59,368 nucleotides of DNA from a virus (taxonomy: Duplodnaviria; Caudoviricetes): IMG/VR virus record IMGVR_UViG_3300025150_000016, positions 1 to 59,368 of that record; one strand, given 5' to 3'. Of the stretch, positions 47,293-57,119 are shown one piece after another. The position numbers and the translations under genes were made by a program. The notes beneath the pieces were generated by a model, which worked only from the letters and a program-made list of their open reading frames with translations, was not told where the DNA came from and did no database searches. Position 1 is the first letter of the stretch; the number at the start of each line of letters is the position of its first letter.

Positions 47293-50200
47293 TTACCTCC
47301 CCCGGCCCTTGATCCGTGCCCGGAAGTCGAAGTCCTGGTCGAAGGATAACTCCACGTTCCCCACCGTGAGGTACTCGGCCGGGCCAGGCTCGATGCCCTT
47401 GACCCCCGTGTCCTCCCCCACCACGTAGGCCACCTGGTAGCTGAAGTCCTTGGGCGTCGCCTCGCCCTTGGCAAGGGTCACGAGCACCCGGTTCTTGGTC
47501 AACTCACGGCGCTTGGCCTCCAACTGGGCCTTCTGCTTGTCGGGGTCATCGTCGAACACGAACTCCGAGAGCAGGGTGTCATCGTCCGAGAATCCGGGGA
47601 TGAGCAGCCCGTCGTCTCCGATGATGAAGGCTGCATCCTTGGTCTTGTTGAGAGGGAGCCCGTTGACGTTGGGGGCGATTTCGTAGTGCTGGAGGCGCAC
47701 CTCATCGGCGAAGACGCCCCGGAACTGGTTGAGGGGACCACCAGCGTTGGTCGTAGCCGCCCGAAGCTCGTCCTTGAGGAGCCAGACGGTGATGGCTGGG
47801 GTGTCCCACTCGAACACCTCTTGGAGGTCCGCATCCTGGCTCGTAAGGATGGGTTCCCGCAGGACGAGAGATCCTTCAGCCTTGACCACCTTGGTGAGGG
47901 GGTGGACCGGGTACGACACGCCCTCCACGGCGTCGATGACCCTGGAGATGTCGGCGGGCCGGACGGGCTCCCCGAGGAACAGACCACCGAAGTATCGAGC
48001 CAGGGCCGTGCGGATGAGGCCGTCCACCTGGGAGACGCTGAGGTTGCGGTCCTGCGAGTTCTGGAGGACCACCGTGGCGGTGATGTCCACCGGGACGTTG
48101 ATTGTCTCTTTGAGCAGGACATCCGCCGTGATGTGACGGCGGGGGTCCACGGTCCCTTGAGCCACCCCGATGAGGACGTTGGGGATGTAGGAGACGGTGA
48201 AGTTCTCGTCGTGGCTGTAGTCGATGAGGATGGTCTGCCCCGCCTCGATCTGGGACAAAGACGTGGTCTGGATGCCCAGAGGGGTCGTCTGGTCCCCGGG
48301 GACGAAGGTGTAGTCCGGCGAGTCGCTGACGAACGGGGAGAGGTACTCCACGGTTCGGTCAGCATTGAAGACCCGGACCGTGAGCGGGTTGGCCCCCAGG
48401 AAGTTCAGGTACTCAATGCCGTCGAGGATGACGTGCTCCTCGCCGGTCACGTCGATGGGGTTCGGCGAGGGGACCACCCCAGCCCCCAAGGCCCCGTCAT
48501 CGGTGACCCGGATGTAGTCCCCCGCCTCTGAGGAGCGCCCGTTCAGCAACGGGTCGGCCACCTTGAACAGGTCGTAGGCCGCCGCCGACACCGTGCCTGA
48601 CCGCTGCCCGATGAAGGAGACGATGCTCCGCACCGGCTGCCGGGTGAACACGAAGCGGTCGCTTGTCCGGTAGCGGTAGTACCCCGTCACCACGTCTTCG
48701 AGGTCATGAGCCGTGGGGTCATTCAAAGAGGCACTGAGCCGGATGGTGTTCCATCCAGTGACCTCCACGTTGGTCAAATCGAAGATGTACCCCTTGGACT
48801 CGTTGCGGAACTCGAACCCGTACTGGGGGATCGAGAGCATCTCGATGAGCGGGTTCTCCGGCGAGAGGTTCGGGTCCACAGCCCGGAACTGGAGGTCTTG
48901 CAGGGATCCAACAGGCTCGAACTGGATGCCCTCGGCGATCTCGAAGCTGAAGGCGAAGGCGTCTGACACCGTGCCCGTGCTCTCGCCCCGAACCCAGATG
49001 TCTACCTTGCCCCCGACGTGCCGCCCATCGTCTGCCCGGTCCCGCATCATCAGCGGATGCCCGGCGTCCACGACGTTGACCTGGGCGACCCCGGGCACAT
49101 CCAGAGCCGTCTGGGTGTAGCCCTGGAGCGTCCCTGAATCGACCGAGGACAACGCCCCCTGGGCTCGAAGGGCAAGCTGGCGGTTGGACTCCTCGTTCTC
49201 TCCACCGAAGGTGGGGGCCTCGTTCTGAGCCTGGACCCCGAGAGGGGCGTTCTGGATGGTCCCCACGCTCGGGGCGACGTTCCCTGCGAGGCCCGGAGCC
49301 TCGGCCTGGACGAAGGCCACCGTGGAGTAGCGCCCCGTGCTGGGGTTGAAGAACGACCCCGAGCCGGCCGCTGAGATGGTCGCCGGGGATGTGAGCCGGA
49401 ACCGCTGGCCGTTCAAGATGACCAGGGTGCCGATGGGGAAGCTGATGGCCGTCGTGGGCCGGGTCCTGGTGAAGATGGTGACCGAACCCCGAGCCCGCCT
49501 ACCACCTCGACGGGTCTTGCCAAAGTTGCTGGCGAGCTTGTCGAAGGCTCCGTCGATGAGGTTCTGCACTGCCTGATCGGAGGTCAGGAAGAACGCTAGC
49601 TTGAGCGCCCGCTTGTACTCGCTCTGGGACACCGGGACCGACGTGCCCGTGAACCCCGGGTCGTCCAGAGGCAGGAGCGTGGCGAAACTCTGTGCCCGAT
49701 GCAGGAAATCCACCACGAAACGGATCCGCTGTGCCTCCGTGGAGAACGGGTCGATGAACGTGTCCCGAGTGACCGATCCGGGCTTCACATCCACCTGCGG
49801 GTTCGCCCGGAAGATGGACAAGACCGTGTCCCGCACGATCTGCTGGCGGCTGACCGTCGGGAACGTGCCGACCGTTGGGGTGATGACCAGTGGTGATCCA
49901 CTCACCTCTGGGCTGAAGCTCGACTCGAACTCGTCCCCGTCGATGTTGTAGACCGCCGTGACCACGTAGTAGAGCGGGTCGGCCGTCGGGATGACGTTGA
50001 AGGAAGCGTTGGGGATGGCGGGGTTCTTGGCCGAGTTGAAACCAGCCTGCCGGTCGTGGGTGAACGTGAACCGGCGGATGGTGCGGACCCCCTCCACCGT
50101 GGTCGTGACCCGGATGCGGTCGGTCAGTTCGTTGATTTCGAGGGTCTGGTCGTAGTCGGTCTGGAGGACAGCCTCATCCTCGTCCTCCTGGGTCCCTTTG

Positions 50201-50817
50201 ACCCGGATGAACAGCGGATCGGCCGCATGGGACCCATCCAGGGCGGTAGCCACGTTGGCATCCACCGTCAGTTCCCCGAGCGCCGTGATGGACTCCTCGG
50301 TCGTACTGGAGATGACCAGAGCGGGGTTGATCCGGCTGTATCCCCCGGTCCCCCCGCCTGGATCGGCGGAGGCGTAGAAGTGGAATCCGACGAGGTTCGA
50401 GTCCTCGATGCCCTCGACGGTGACGGCCACGGTTCGGTCGAACCGTTCGATGCTGACTCCGGTCGGAGGGGTCAGCGCCCCTTGGACATCCCGGTCCTGC
50501 ACGAGCCGAGCGGTGAGCTTCCCAGCCGGGGTCACAGCCCCGTTGGTCAGGACGGACTTCACCTCGACGGCGTTGTCCCCCGCCAGGAGCTTCAACCCGT
50601 TGGGGAAAGCAGAGGGGTTGGGGACCACGAAAGTAGTTCCCTCGAAGGCGATGAGGTCGGGGTTGGAGGCGAAGGCGGCCCCACGAATGGACACCTGCAT
50701 GTCCACTGTAGCCGGGTCCATCTCCCCGACGAAGAACCGAAACGGGGAGGTCGTCGAGAAGATGTACTCCTCCCGCAGCTTCAGGTCCGGCCCTTCAAAC
50801 TTGGGGATTGAAACCAT
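47293..50817 (-). CDS. Baseplate J-like (T4 gp6 / P2 gpJ) protein with long extensions
   Basis: KPGSVTRD, FGKTRRGGRRARGSVTIF, QAEAPGLAGNV, GGENEESN, GTLQGY, VPGVAQV, GKVDIWV. Confidence 0.88.
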   Translation of the reverse strand: MVSIPKFEGPDLKLREEYIFSTTSPFRFFVGEMDPATVDMQVSIRGAAFASNPDLIAFEGTTFVVPNPSAFPNGLKLLAGDNAVEVKSVLTNGAVTPAGKLTARLVQDRDVQGALTPPTGVSIERFDRTVAVTVEGIEDSNLVGFHFYASADPGGGTGGYSRINPALVISSTTEESITALGELTVDANVATALDGSHAADPLFIRVKGTQEDEDEAVLQTDYDQTLEINELTDRIRVTTTVEGVRTIRRFTFTHDRQAGFNSAKNPAIPNASFNVIPTADPLYYVVTAVYNIDGDEFESSFSPEVSGSPLVITPTVGTFPTVSRQQIVRDTVLSIFRANPQVDVKPGSVTRDTFIDPFSTEAQRIRFVVDFLHRAQSFATLLPLDDPGFTGTSVPVSQSEYKRALKLAFFLTSDQAVQNLIDGAFDKLASNFGKTRRGGRRARGSVTIFTRTRPTTAISFPIGTLVILNGQRFRLTSPATISAAGSGSFFNPSTGRYSTVAFVQAEAPGLAGNVAPSVGTIQNAPLGVQAQNEAPTFGGENEESNRQLALRAQGALSSVDSGTLQGYTQTALDVPGVAQVNVVDAGHPLMMRDRADDGRHVGGKVDIWVRGESTGTVSDAFAFSFEIAEGIQFEPVGSLQDLQFRAVDPNLSPENPLIEMLSIPQYGFEFRNESKGYIFDLTNVEVTGWNTIRLSASLNDPTAHDLEDVVTGYYRYRTSDRFVFTRQPVRSIVSFIGQRSGTVSAAAYDLFKVADPLLNGRSSEAGDYIRVTDDGALGAGVVPSPNPIDVTGEEHVILDGIEYLNFLGANPLTVRVFNADRTVEYLSPFVSDSPDYTFVPGDQTTPLGIQTTSLSQIEAGQTILIDYSHDENFTVSYIPNVLIGVAQGTVDPRRHITADVLLKETINVPVDITATVVLQNSQDRNLSVSQVDGLIRTALARYFGGLFLGEPVRPADISRVIDAVEGVSYPVHPLTKVVKAEGSLVLREPILTSQDADLQEVFEWDTPAITVWLLKDELRAATTNAGGPLNQFRGVFADEVRLQHYEIAPNVNGLPLNKTKDAAFIIGDDGLLIPGFSDDDTLLSEFVFDDDPDKQKAQLEAKRRELTKNRVLVTLAKGEATPKDFSYQVAYVVGEDTGVKGIEPGPAEYLTVGNVELSFDQDFDFRARIKGRGR

Positions 50818-50828
50818 TCGCCTTCACC

Positions 50829-51980
50829 TCACGACCGGAACAAGTCCGATGCCTGCCCGGCCGACAAACCTGCCGCCTGCGTCCCGAGGAACAGCCCGTT
50901 GCTTCCCATGAGGGCCACGACCTCGGGCACCGTGAACACGATGGAGAGGTTGATGGGCTGGCTGGCTGCGTTCTGGACCACCACGTCCACGAGGAAGGTC
51001 GTTGGGTCCTGCTCGTGGGGTCGGGTCACGACCGACACCAGGTTGTACAGGCGTTCTCTGGCCGAAACCACCTGAAATTCCGACTGGTCCTTCTGGACGG
51101 CCTTGAAGTTCTCCAGGGCTCGCCGGACATCGTCCGAAATCTGTGCGGCCACGTTGCCGACCGCCTTGCTCCCGATACGCTCCTGAATCGTGGTCCCGTA
51201 CCAAGTGTGGTACGGGTTCGAGCCCTTGTTGGTGAGCAGGATCTTGAGGGCCGCCTGGTAGAGCAGGTCTTCCCCATCCACCAGGATGGGGTTGCCATCC
51301 GCAGCGAACCGGATGTCGTTCTCCACGAAGGTAGCCCGGCATCGGAGGCAGCGGTTGACCGGCACGGTGTAGGACACCTTGAACGTCGGGTTCCCTGGGA
51401 CAGGCTCGGCGAACTGGGGGAATCGGTTGGTGATCTCGTCGGGCCGGAGGACCAGTTTCCAGCCGGGGTACACCTGCTTGCCTCGGGCCTGATACTGCCA
51501 GTTGTTCTTGGCTGGGTCCCCGAATCCAAGCGCCGCAGCGGCCGTGCCGGACACCCGGACCAGTGAATCCTCTCCCACTGAAGCCGTGTCGGTGAACAGG
51601 AGGTGTCCGTTGAGGGCCTCCACGTCCCCGATGTTGAACCCGGCCGTCAGGAACTTCTTGACGAGGGTCTCGGCGGGCCAGCGAACGGTGTCCTTGACGC
51701 CCAGCGCCAGCGTGAACGACCCTGCGGAAGTCTCTACGGTCACGGTGTCCTCGTTCTCCACGAGGTCGAACGGCCCCGACTGGGTGCTGGGGAGGACGGC
51801 TGGGGACTTCAACCCCGAGGGTGGGATGAGGAAGTCGTCGTTGACCCGGATGGAGACGGAGCCCGCCAGGGCAACAGGCTGCCGGGTGTCCAGCGAGACC
51901 CGGTCAATCGGGTCGAGGGGCACCACCTCCTCCACCGTCAGGTGGGGGCAAGGCCATGCAAGCTGGAAATCAACCGCCAC
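50829..51980 (-). CDS. gp25/GPW-like baseplate protein with N-terminal extension
   Basis: C-terminal LKILLTNKGSNPYHTWYGTTI gp25-like motif; directly upstream of baseplate J; CPH...CLRC. Confidence 0.8.
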   Translation of the reverse strand: MAVDFQLAWPCPHLTVEEVVPLDPIDRVSLDTRQPVALAGSVSIRVNDDFLIPPSGLKSPAVLPSTQSGPFDLVENEDTVTVETSAGSFTLALGVKDTVRWPAETLVKKFLTAGFNIGDVEALNGHLLFTDTASVGEDSLVRVSGTAAAALGFGDPAKNNWQYQARGKQVYPGWKLVLRPDEITNRFPQFAEPVPGNPTFKVSYTVPVNRCLRCRATFVENDIRFAADGNPILVDGEDLLYQAALKILLTNKGSNPYHTWYGTTIQERIGSKAVGNVAAQISDDVRRALENFKAVQKDQSEFQVVSARERLYNLVSVVTRPHEQDPTTFLVDVVVQNAASQPINLSIVFTVPEVVALMGSNGLFLGTQAAGLSAGQASDLFRS

Positions 51981-52759
51981 GGGCTTTCCTCCGCTTAGCG
52001 GCCTCGTGGGCCGCCCGCCGGGCGGCCGACCACGGACGCCCTCGCATGGCCTTACTGATGGCCGACTTGTGCTCCTCTGACACCACCCGACCCCTCAACG
52101 CTGCCTTCTGGTCCTCGGTCCACTTGCGGCCCCGGTTGGCCTCGCCAATCTTCCGCTTGTGCTCATCCGACAGGGTTGCTCCAGTTCGGGCCTCAATGGC
52201 GGCCTCTGGGGTACGACCTGCGAGGGCCGCCATGATGTTGACCCTCTGTTCTTCCGGCATAGGCCCACGGGTCATGCCCTTGTGAGCCTCGCCGATTCGA
52301 CGGGCGTGTCGCTCTGTGGGGGTGTAACCGCAATTTTTTGAGGCTTCGACCATCATGGGTTGCAAGGTGGGGTCTTCTGCAAACCGCTTCTTGGTAGCGG
52401 CCCCGATCTTTGCCCGAGCTTCTGCATCGGGGGTGTAGCCTTCAAAGCTCCCGGCTGTGGGAAGGGTGTTGAACCCGTGGGTGTATCCGCCCAAAGCGTC
52501 GATGAAGTGCTGCTCCCGCCCCGCCATCTTCGCCGGGTCTGTGACCTCCTCCAGTACCCGGAAGTCGAAGCACTCCCCACCCAGTTCGTCCCACGCTTTC
52601 TGGAGCTTCGGACAGCCCCTTCCAGCACGAAGCTCTTTGAGGTGGTCCTTCCAGCGACCCCAAATGCGGCGGGACTGGCCGACGTAGACCCGCTGGTCGT
52701 CCAGACAGACGATGGCGTAGCTCCCCATCTCTGGAATCTCGGAGGGCCATGCAAGCTGG
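51952..52759. repeat. 15-bp direct repeat flanking the GIY-YIG gene (51952-51966 and 52745-52759)
   Basis: GGCCATGCAAGCTGG at both positions; encodes QLAW(P) in both proteins. Confidence 0.9.
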
Positions 52760-52773
52760 TAGTCCTGGCTCAT
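51970..52773 (-). CDS. Free-standing GIY-YIG homing endonuclease with NUMOD3 repeats
   Basis: GSYAI...VYVGQS...RWKDH...REQHFI...GFN; repeats such as GATLSDEHKRKIGEANRG and SEEHKSAISKAMRG. Confidence 0.92.
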   Translation of the reverse strand: MSQDYQLAWPSEIPEMGSYAIVCLDDQRVYVGQSRRIWGRWKDHLKELRAGRGCPKLQKAWDELGGECFDFRVLEEVTDPAKMAGREQHFIDALGGYTHGFNTLPTAGSFEGYTPDAEARAKIGAATKKRFAEDPTLQPMMVEASKNCGYTPTERHARRIGEAHKGMTRGPMPEEQRVNIMAALAGRTPEAAIEARTGATLSDEHKRKIGEANRGRKWTEDQKAALRGRVVSEEHKSAISKAMRGRPWSAARRAAHEAAKRRKARGG

Positions 52774-52797
52774 CGGTTCGCCTCACCCTACCTCGGG

Positions 52798-52814
52798 CTA
52801 TAGGCAGGACACCG
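52798..52814 (-). promoter_or_regulatory. Putative late promoter CGGT-N5-GCCTATAG
   Basis: Recurrent motif, about 25 nt upstream of ATG 52773. Confidence 0.6.
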
Positions 52815-52821
52815 CCACCGC

Positions 52822-53733
52822 TCAGGACAGCGGGTCCCGGGTCACTTCGGACGGCACGTCGGCGAAGGTGAAGTCCAGCAGGTCCACGTCCGGCCCGGCC
52901 CGATAGGACTTCACCGTTTTCGTGGCCTCGTCCATCTCGTAGATGATCTCGTACATGTCCTGCACCAAGGACTGGACAGTCAAGTTCGGGTCGATGGACT
53001 GGGTGGGCAGCCCCCGCAGGCCATCCAGGGACCCCCCGAATGCCTGGGTCAGCACCTCGTCCCGCTCCTTCTCAAGCTGCTCCCGCAGGTCCATGAGCTT
53101 GATGACCCGCCACTCGATGTTGTTGAGCCGCCCTTTGATGTCCTGGTTGGCCCAGTCCCGCATCTTCCTCATGGCGGTCACGATGTCGTGGTTCGCCACG
53201 GGAGCCCGGGTCCCGAGCCGGAGAGCGAAGTTGGCATCCGTCTCCGCCTGGCCGCCCTCGTAGCCCGCAAACCCCGTCTTGAGGATGACCTCGTTGCCGT
53301 CATCGTCGGTCGCCTTCTGGGGCAAAGGCTCGTTCGGCTCGGCCGACTTGAGCGCCAGCAGGCCACCGAAGGGGTACTGCTCGACCCGAATGGCGTTCCC
53401 CTCCCCATCCTGTCCCACGATCTGGGTCCGGTCGGGCATCCAAAAGGGGGAGAGATCGAACGGGTTCCCGCCCTGAACGATGTACGCCTGAACCAACCGG
53501 GCGAGGCTGCTCCCCTCGGTGACGCCGAACCCAATGCGCTCCTCCGTCATGGTGACCGAGCCATCATCCGTCGAGTCCCCCCGGTACATGACCGTGACGA
53601 ACCCGATCCGCTCGATCTCGGCGTTGATCATGTTGACCCGAGCCGCAACCGTCTTGCGGTTGATGAGCAGCCACGCCGAGAAAGCCCGGAAATAGCCGAC
53701 TGGCCATCGGGCCATGTAACGAAAAGAGGCCAT
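52822..53733 (-). CDS. Hypothetical protein (303 aa), probably virion-associated
   Basis: Abuts the upstream stop; coiled-coil-like segment LMDLREQLEKERDE. Confidence 0.75.
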   Translation of the reverse strand: MASFRYMARWPVGYFRAFSAWLLINRKTVAARVNMINAEIERIGFVTVMYRGDSTDDGSVTMTEERIGFGVTEGSSLARLVQAYIVQGGNPFDLSPFWMPDRTQIVGQDGEGNAIRVEQYPFGGLLALKSAEPNEPLPQKATDDDGNEVILKTGFAGYEGGQAETDANFALRLGTRAPVANHDIVTAMRKMRDWANQDIKGRLNNIEWRVIKLMDLREQLEKERDEVLTQAFGGSLDGLRGLPTQSIDPNLTVQSLVQDMYEIIYEMDEATKTVKSYRAGPDVDLLDFTFADVPSEVTRDPLS

Positions 53734-56700
53734 CTACAACGTGTCCGGTTCGTCGTTGGGTCCCTGGGCCGGTGGAGGGGCGGCGATGCCCTCCACCCCG
53801 AAAGCGTCCCCACCCCCCGTGGCCTCGATGGTCTGCCCCTCCGTGCCGTCTCCTGCGACCCCAGAGGTCCCCGAGGTGGTCACCAACAGGCTCTTGAGGA
53901 ACTGCCCGGCGATGCCGGGCACCAGGGCCAGGACCAGACAGACCCCCGCCCCATAGGCCAACGGGCTGTCTTGGGGCTTGTTCTCGGCTGTCACCAGCCC
54001 CCGCAGGACTCCGCTGGTCCCATCGGCAAGGAGCATGAGACCGCTGAACTTCGGCAAAGTGAGCGAGAAGCTGAGGATGGACTGGATGAGTGCGTTGACC
54101 CTGCGGATCAACTGCTGTAGCTCGCCGAGACGAGCCTCGATGAACTCGATGTAGGCGATGAGGGTATCGGCGATGCTCTGGATCGCCGACGCAAGCTGGT
54201 CGAGCCAGTTCTGGATGCCCTCGAAGAAGTTGTCCACGGCGGGAAACGCATCGAAGAACCGGATGACGATCCACTCCCCGTCCTCCGGTGCCCGAAGTGC
54301 CGCCGCTGCGACCATCCGCAGCGTGAGAGCCGCCTCTTGGAGGATGGCACCACCCTCGAACTTCCCGAGCAAAGACCGGATGAACAGGATCCCGGCCCCC
54401 TTGTTCTCCGACTTGAAGTCGTCTCGGCCACGCCAGACCGCCGGGTTCTCCGCCGCCTTGCGGAGACGGTCGATGCCGAAGTGGAAGACGGGGGAGTTGT
54501 CGGCCGACCCCTGGATCCGCTTCGCCTGGCTCATTACCTGAGCCAGGGTGGACACCTTGGGTTCGACCTTCACCTCCCCGTCTGGGTTGATGTACTTCTG
54601 GTAGACCGACCTCACTGATGGCGGTGCCGTAGCCAGCGCCAGGGCAACCTCGTCGGCGTTGATCTCCGGCTTGAACACCTGCCCTTCGATGATGGGGTCG
54701 TACTCGATGAAATGGTCTTTCCGATGACGAACGGCATTTGGGATCCGCATCACCTCCTCGACCTGGTTGGCCGAGAGCCCGATGCAATAGGGGTTCTGGG
54801 CGATCCCGAAAGTGTCACCTGCACCCGTTGGGGTCCCCTCTTTAGCCTTCTCCAACTGCTTCTGGGAGGCGGCAAGCTCCTTCTCAATCTCGGTAGAGGT
54901 GAACCCGACCTTTTCCTCGGCACGGAGGGCCGCCTCCAGGCGGGTCTTGTAGATCTCCGCCTCGGCATCGAACCGGGTGATGTCGCCCTCGTTCGGATGA
55001 CGCTTGGTGCCACGGACGGACTCCAACAGGGTGTCCTTGGTGAATACCTCGATCCCGGCGGAAATATCAGACTCGCCCGTGGCGGCGAAGATCTGACCCC
55101 ACGTTGCCGTGCGGAGCTTCTCGGTGTTCTGGACCACGAAGTCCTCGAACTCCGGTGTGAAACCAGCCGTGTCCCGCAGACGGTTGGCCAGAAGCTCCGC
55201 TTGACGAGCCAGGTTGGTACGGAACTCCATCTGGCTCCCACCCTTCTGCCCCACCACCTGGGGGAAGTCGGGGAACATGAGCAGGATGAGCTTCTGGGCA
55301 ACCTCCTCCATCCCAGTACGCTGAAGGGCGACCCCCTCGATGAGGGCCTGGTGGGTCTTGGCCTGGTCCACCAAGGTTTTGCCGGAGGACTCGATCTTGG
55401 TGTCGATGTGAGGCAAATCGGCTCGGGCCAGGACCATCACCACCAGCGCCGTCTGCACGGCATCCAAGAAAGACACCGTGTTCCCGTTAGGGAACGCCAC
55501 CTTCTGAGCCTCGCTGTAGGCGGAGATACTGGTCGGCGTGTTGCCGAACATGAGGTCCACCCGGAACGGCTCGCCGGAGTTCTGCCCGGAGGTCTTTGAC
55601 GCCCCCTCGAAGTCCCAGATGAACGGCTTCCCCCCTGGGTCGGCAATAGCCGAGGCCGTAGACGCCACCCGGACGTAGTAGGTGCTCGGCTGGCCCTTGT
55701 CCTTGAGTGTGGCTTTGCCATTCGAGTCCATCTCGATCTCTGCATGATGCGGCATGTCCTCGTGTTCAAGGACGATGCTGAACTCCTCCGTGGCCCACTG
55801 CCATGCCACCGAACCGAGGTCGAGGTAGAAGGTGCGCTGGAAGAAATAGGTCCCGTCCACACCTCCTTGGTTGAGGCTTTCAAGCGGGATGATGGCTTGC
55901 TGCCCATCGCTGTGATCGAGGGACCCGTAGACCCGAGTCACCCCATCCTTGAGCTTGCTGCCCGAGATGGCGTTGTTCCACCCGAGCGTGCTGTTGGGGA
56001 AGTTGATCTCGTCGGCCCCGCCGTAGAGGACGATGGGCTTGCCGTTCACATCCCTGCACCGACCAGTCTCCCGCTGCTGCTCAGGATCGCCTGACCCACG
56101 CTTGGTCTTGTCCGACCCCGAGTCCTTCTCCGGCCGGTCGAACCACACTGGGATCCCCTCTGGAAGGGTGCTCACGGTGATGAGGTAGCCGGTCGGCCCA
56201 GCGAAAGCTGAAAGTGGGTTGGCGGGACCCTTCTTGCTCGGCTGGGGTGTCCGCCAGGTGATCTTCGCCTTGTTCGGAGGCGTATCGCTGAACGAGCCCA
56301 GGCTGGAAAGGCCGCCGAAAACCCCGGCGGCCTGGTTGCCGTAGTCCACCCGGTCGATGACCGGGACTGGCAGAGATGCCTCGGGGAAGAACTTCATCCC
56401 GAAAAGGGCCATCAACTGCTGCACGAAGGCAATGAGCCGCTCGATGCTGCTCACGTCCACGGACATGTAGAAGAACCCAGCGAACACAACCGTGTCGGCA
56501 GAGATGTCCGGCCTGGTTGGGTCCGTGCGGTCGGTCAGCCGGGCGATCATCCGGCGCTCGTACTCCTGGTATCCCCCCCGAAGATCCTCGGGCGGGAAAT
56601 CCGCCATCAAAGCCGTGTCGTGGGTGATGTAGATGCCAAGTTGGGAGAAATCCCGCAGGAGCCCGTTGATGGTGTCGATGATCGCCTGGATGATGGCCTT

Positions 56701-56874
56701 CAACGGGTCGAGAAAAGCGAAAGCGAACGCCTTGATCAACTGGAGGGCGGCGATGGCGATGTCGAGGAAGGTGATGAGCACCTCGGCGATGGAGTTGATC
56801 GCCTCTCGGATGTCCTTGAGGTAGTCGGGAATCTCCAGGGAAAGGGTGCCCCAGGAGCCAAACGGGTCGGCCAT
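53734..56874 (-). CDS. Hypothetical protein (1046 aa) with amphipathic helical N- and C-terminal regions
   Basis: TAATG coupling; GC3-rich codons; helical ends around a beta-rich middle. Confidence 0.78.
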   Translation of the reverse strand: MADPFGSWGTLSLEIPDYLKDIREAINSIAEVLITFLDIAIAALQLIKAFAFAFLDPLKAIIQAIIDTINGLLRDFSQLGIYITHDTALMADFPPEDLRGGYQEYERRMIARLTDRTDPTRPDISADTVVFAGFFYMSVDVSSIERLIAFVQQLMALFGMKFFPEASLPVPVIDRVDYGNQAAGVFGGLSSLGSFSDTPPNKAKITWRTPQPSKKGPANPLSAFAGPTGYLITVSTLPEGIPVWFDRPEKDSGSDKTKRGSGDPEQQRETGRCRDVNGKPIVLYGGADEINFPNSTLGWNNAISGSKLKDGVTRVYGSLDHSDGQQAIIPLESLNQGGVDGTYFFQRTFYLDLGSVAWQWATEEFSIVLEHEDMPHHAEIEMDSNGKATLKDKGQPSTYYVRVASTASAIADPGGKPFIWDFEGASKTSGQNSGEPFRVDLMFGNTPTSISAYSEAQKVAFPNGNTVSFLDAVQTALVVMVLARADLPHIDTKIESSGKTLVDQAKTHQALIEGVALQRTGMEEVAQKLILLMFPDFPQVVGQKGGSQMEFRTNLARQAELLANRLRDTAGFTPEFEDFVVQNTEKLRTATWGQIFAATGESDISAGIEVFTKDTLLESVRGTKRHPNEGDITRFDAEAEIYKTRLEAALRAEEKVGFTSTEIEKELAASQKQLEKAKEGTPTGAGDTFGIAQNPYCIGLSANQVEEVMRIPNAVRHRKDHFIEYDPIIEGQVFKPEINADEVALALATAPPSVRSVYQKYINPDGEVKVEPKVSTLAQVMSQAKRIQGSADNSPVFHFGIDRLRKAAENPAVWRGRDDFKSENKGAGILFIRSLLGKFEGGAILQEAALTLRMVAAAALRAPEDGEWIVIRFFDAFPAVDNFFEGIQNWLDQLASAIQSIADTLIAYIEFIEARLGELQQLIRRVNALIQSILSFSLTLPKFSGLMLLADGTSGVLRGLVTAENKPQDSPLAYGAGVCLVLALVPGIAGQFLKSLLVTTSGTSGVAGDGTEGQTIEATGGGDAFGVEGIAAPPPAQGPNDEPDTL

Positions 56875-57119
56875 TAGCTACCTCCCCCGTGCTTGACCCG
56901 GTGAAGAGCCTCCTTCGCCTGCTGAAGCTCCTTCTGGAGGAGCCTCTCCTGGGCCTCCAAGACCCCCTTGAGGTCCTTGGCGAGGCGCACCTGCTCACCG
57001 AGAAGCAGCGGGCTGGCGTCATGGCCGCCCAACTCCCCCCATTGACCGGGGTCGATCCCCGCCGCCCGGAGTTCTTCGAGGATCTCCTCGGCGGTTGGTG
57101 CTTTCCTCTCGTCGCTCAT
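56874..57119 (-). CDS. Small coiled-coil protein
   Basis: ATGA and TAATG couplings on both sides. Confidence 0.72.
   Translation of the reverse strand: MSDERKAPTAEEILEELRAAGIDPGQWGELGGHDASPLLLGEQVRLAKDLKGVLEAQERLLQKELQQAKEALHRVKHGGGS

Noticed and set aside
45629-51980. Bacterial extracellular contractile injection system or tailocin locus
   Set aside because: An intein-laden helicase, three homing endonucleases, phage-type small genes and the lack of host genes favour a phage genome, although capsid and terminase are outside the window.
51967-52744. Group I intron interpretation of the GIY-YIG insertion
   Set aside because: The ORF fills the whole interval between the repeats, leaving no evident room for a ribozyme core, and the downstream gene has its own RBS and start.
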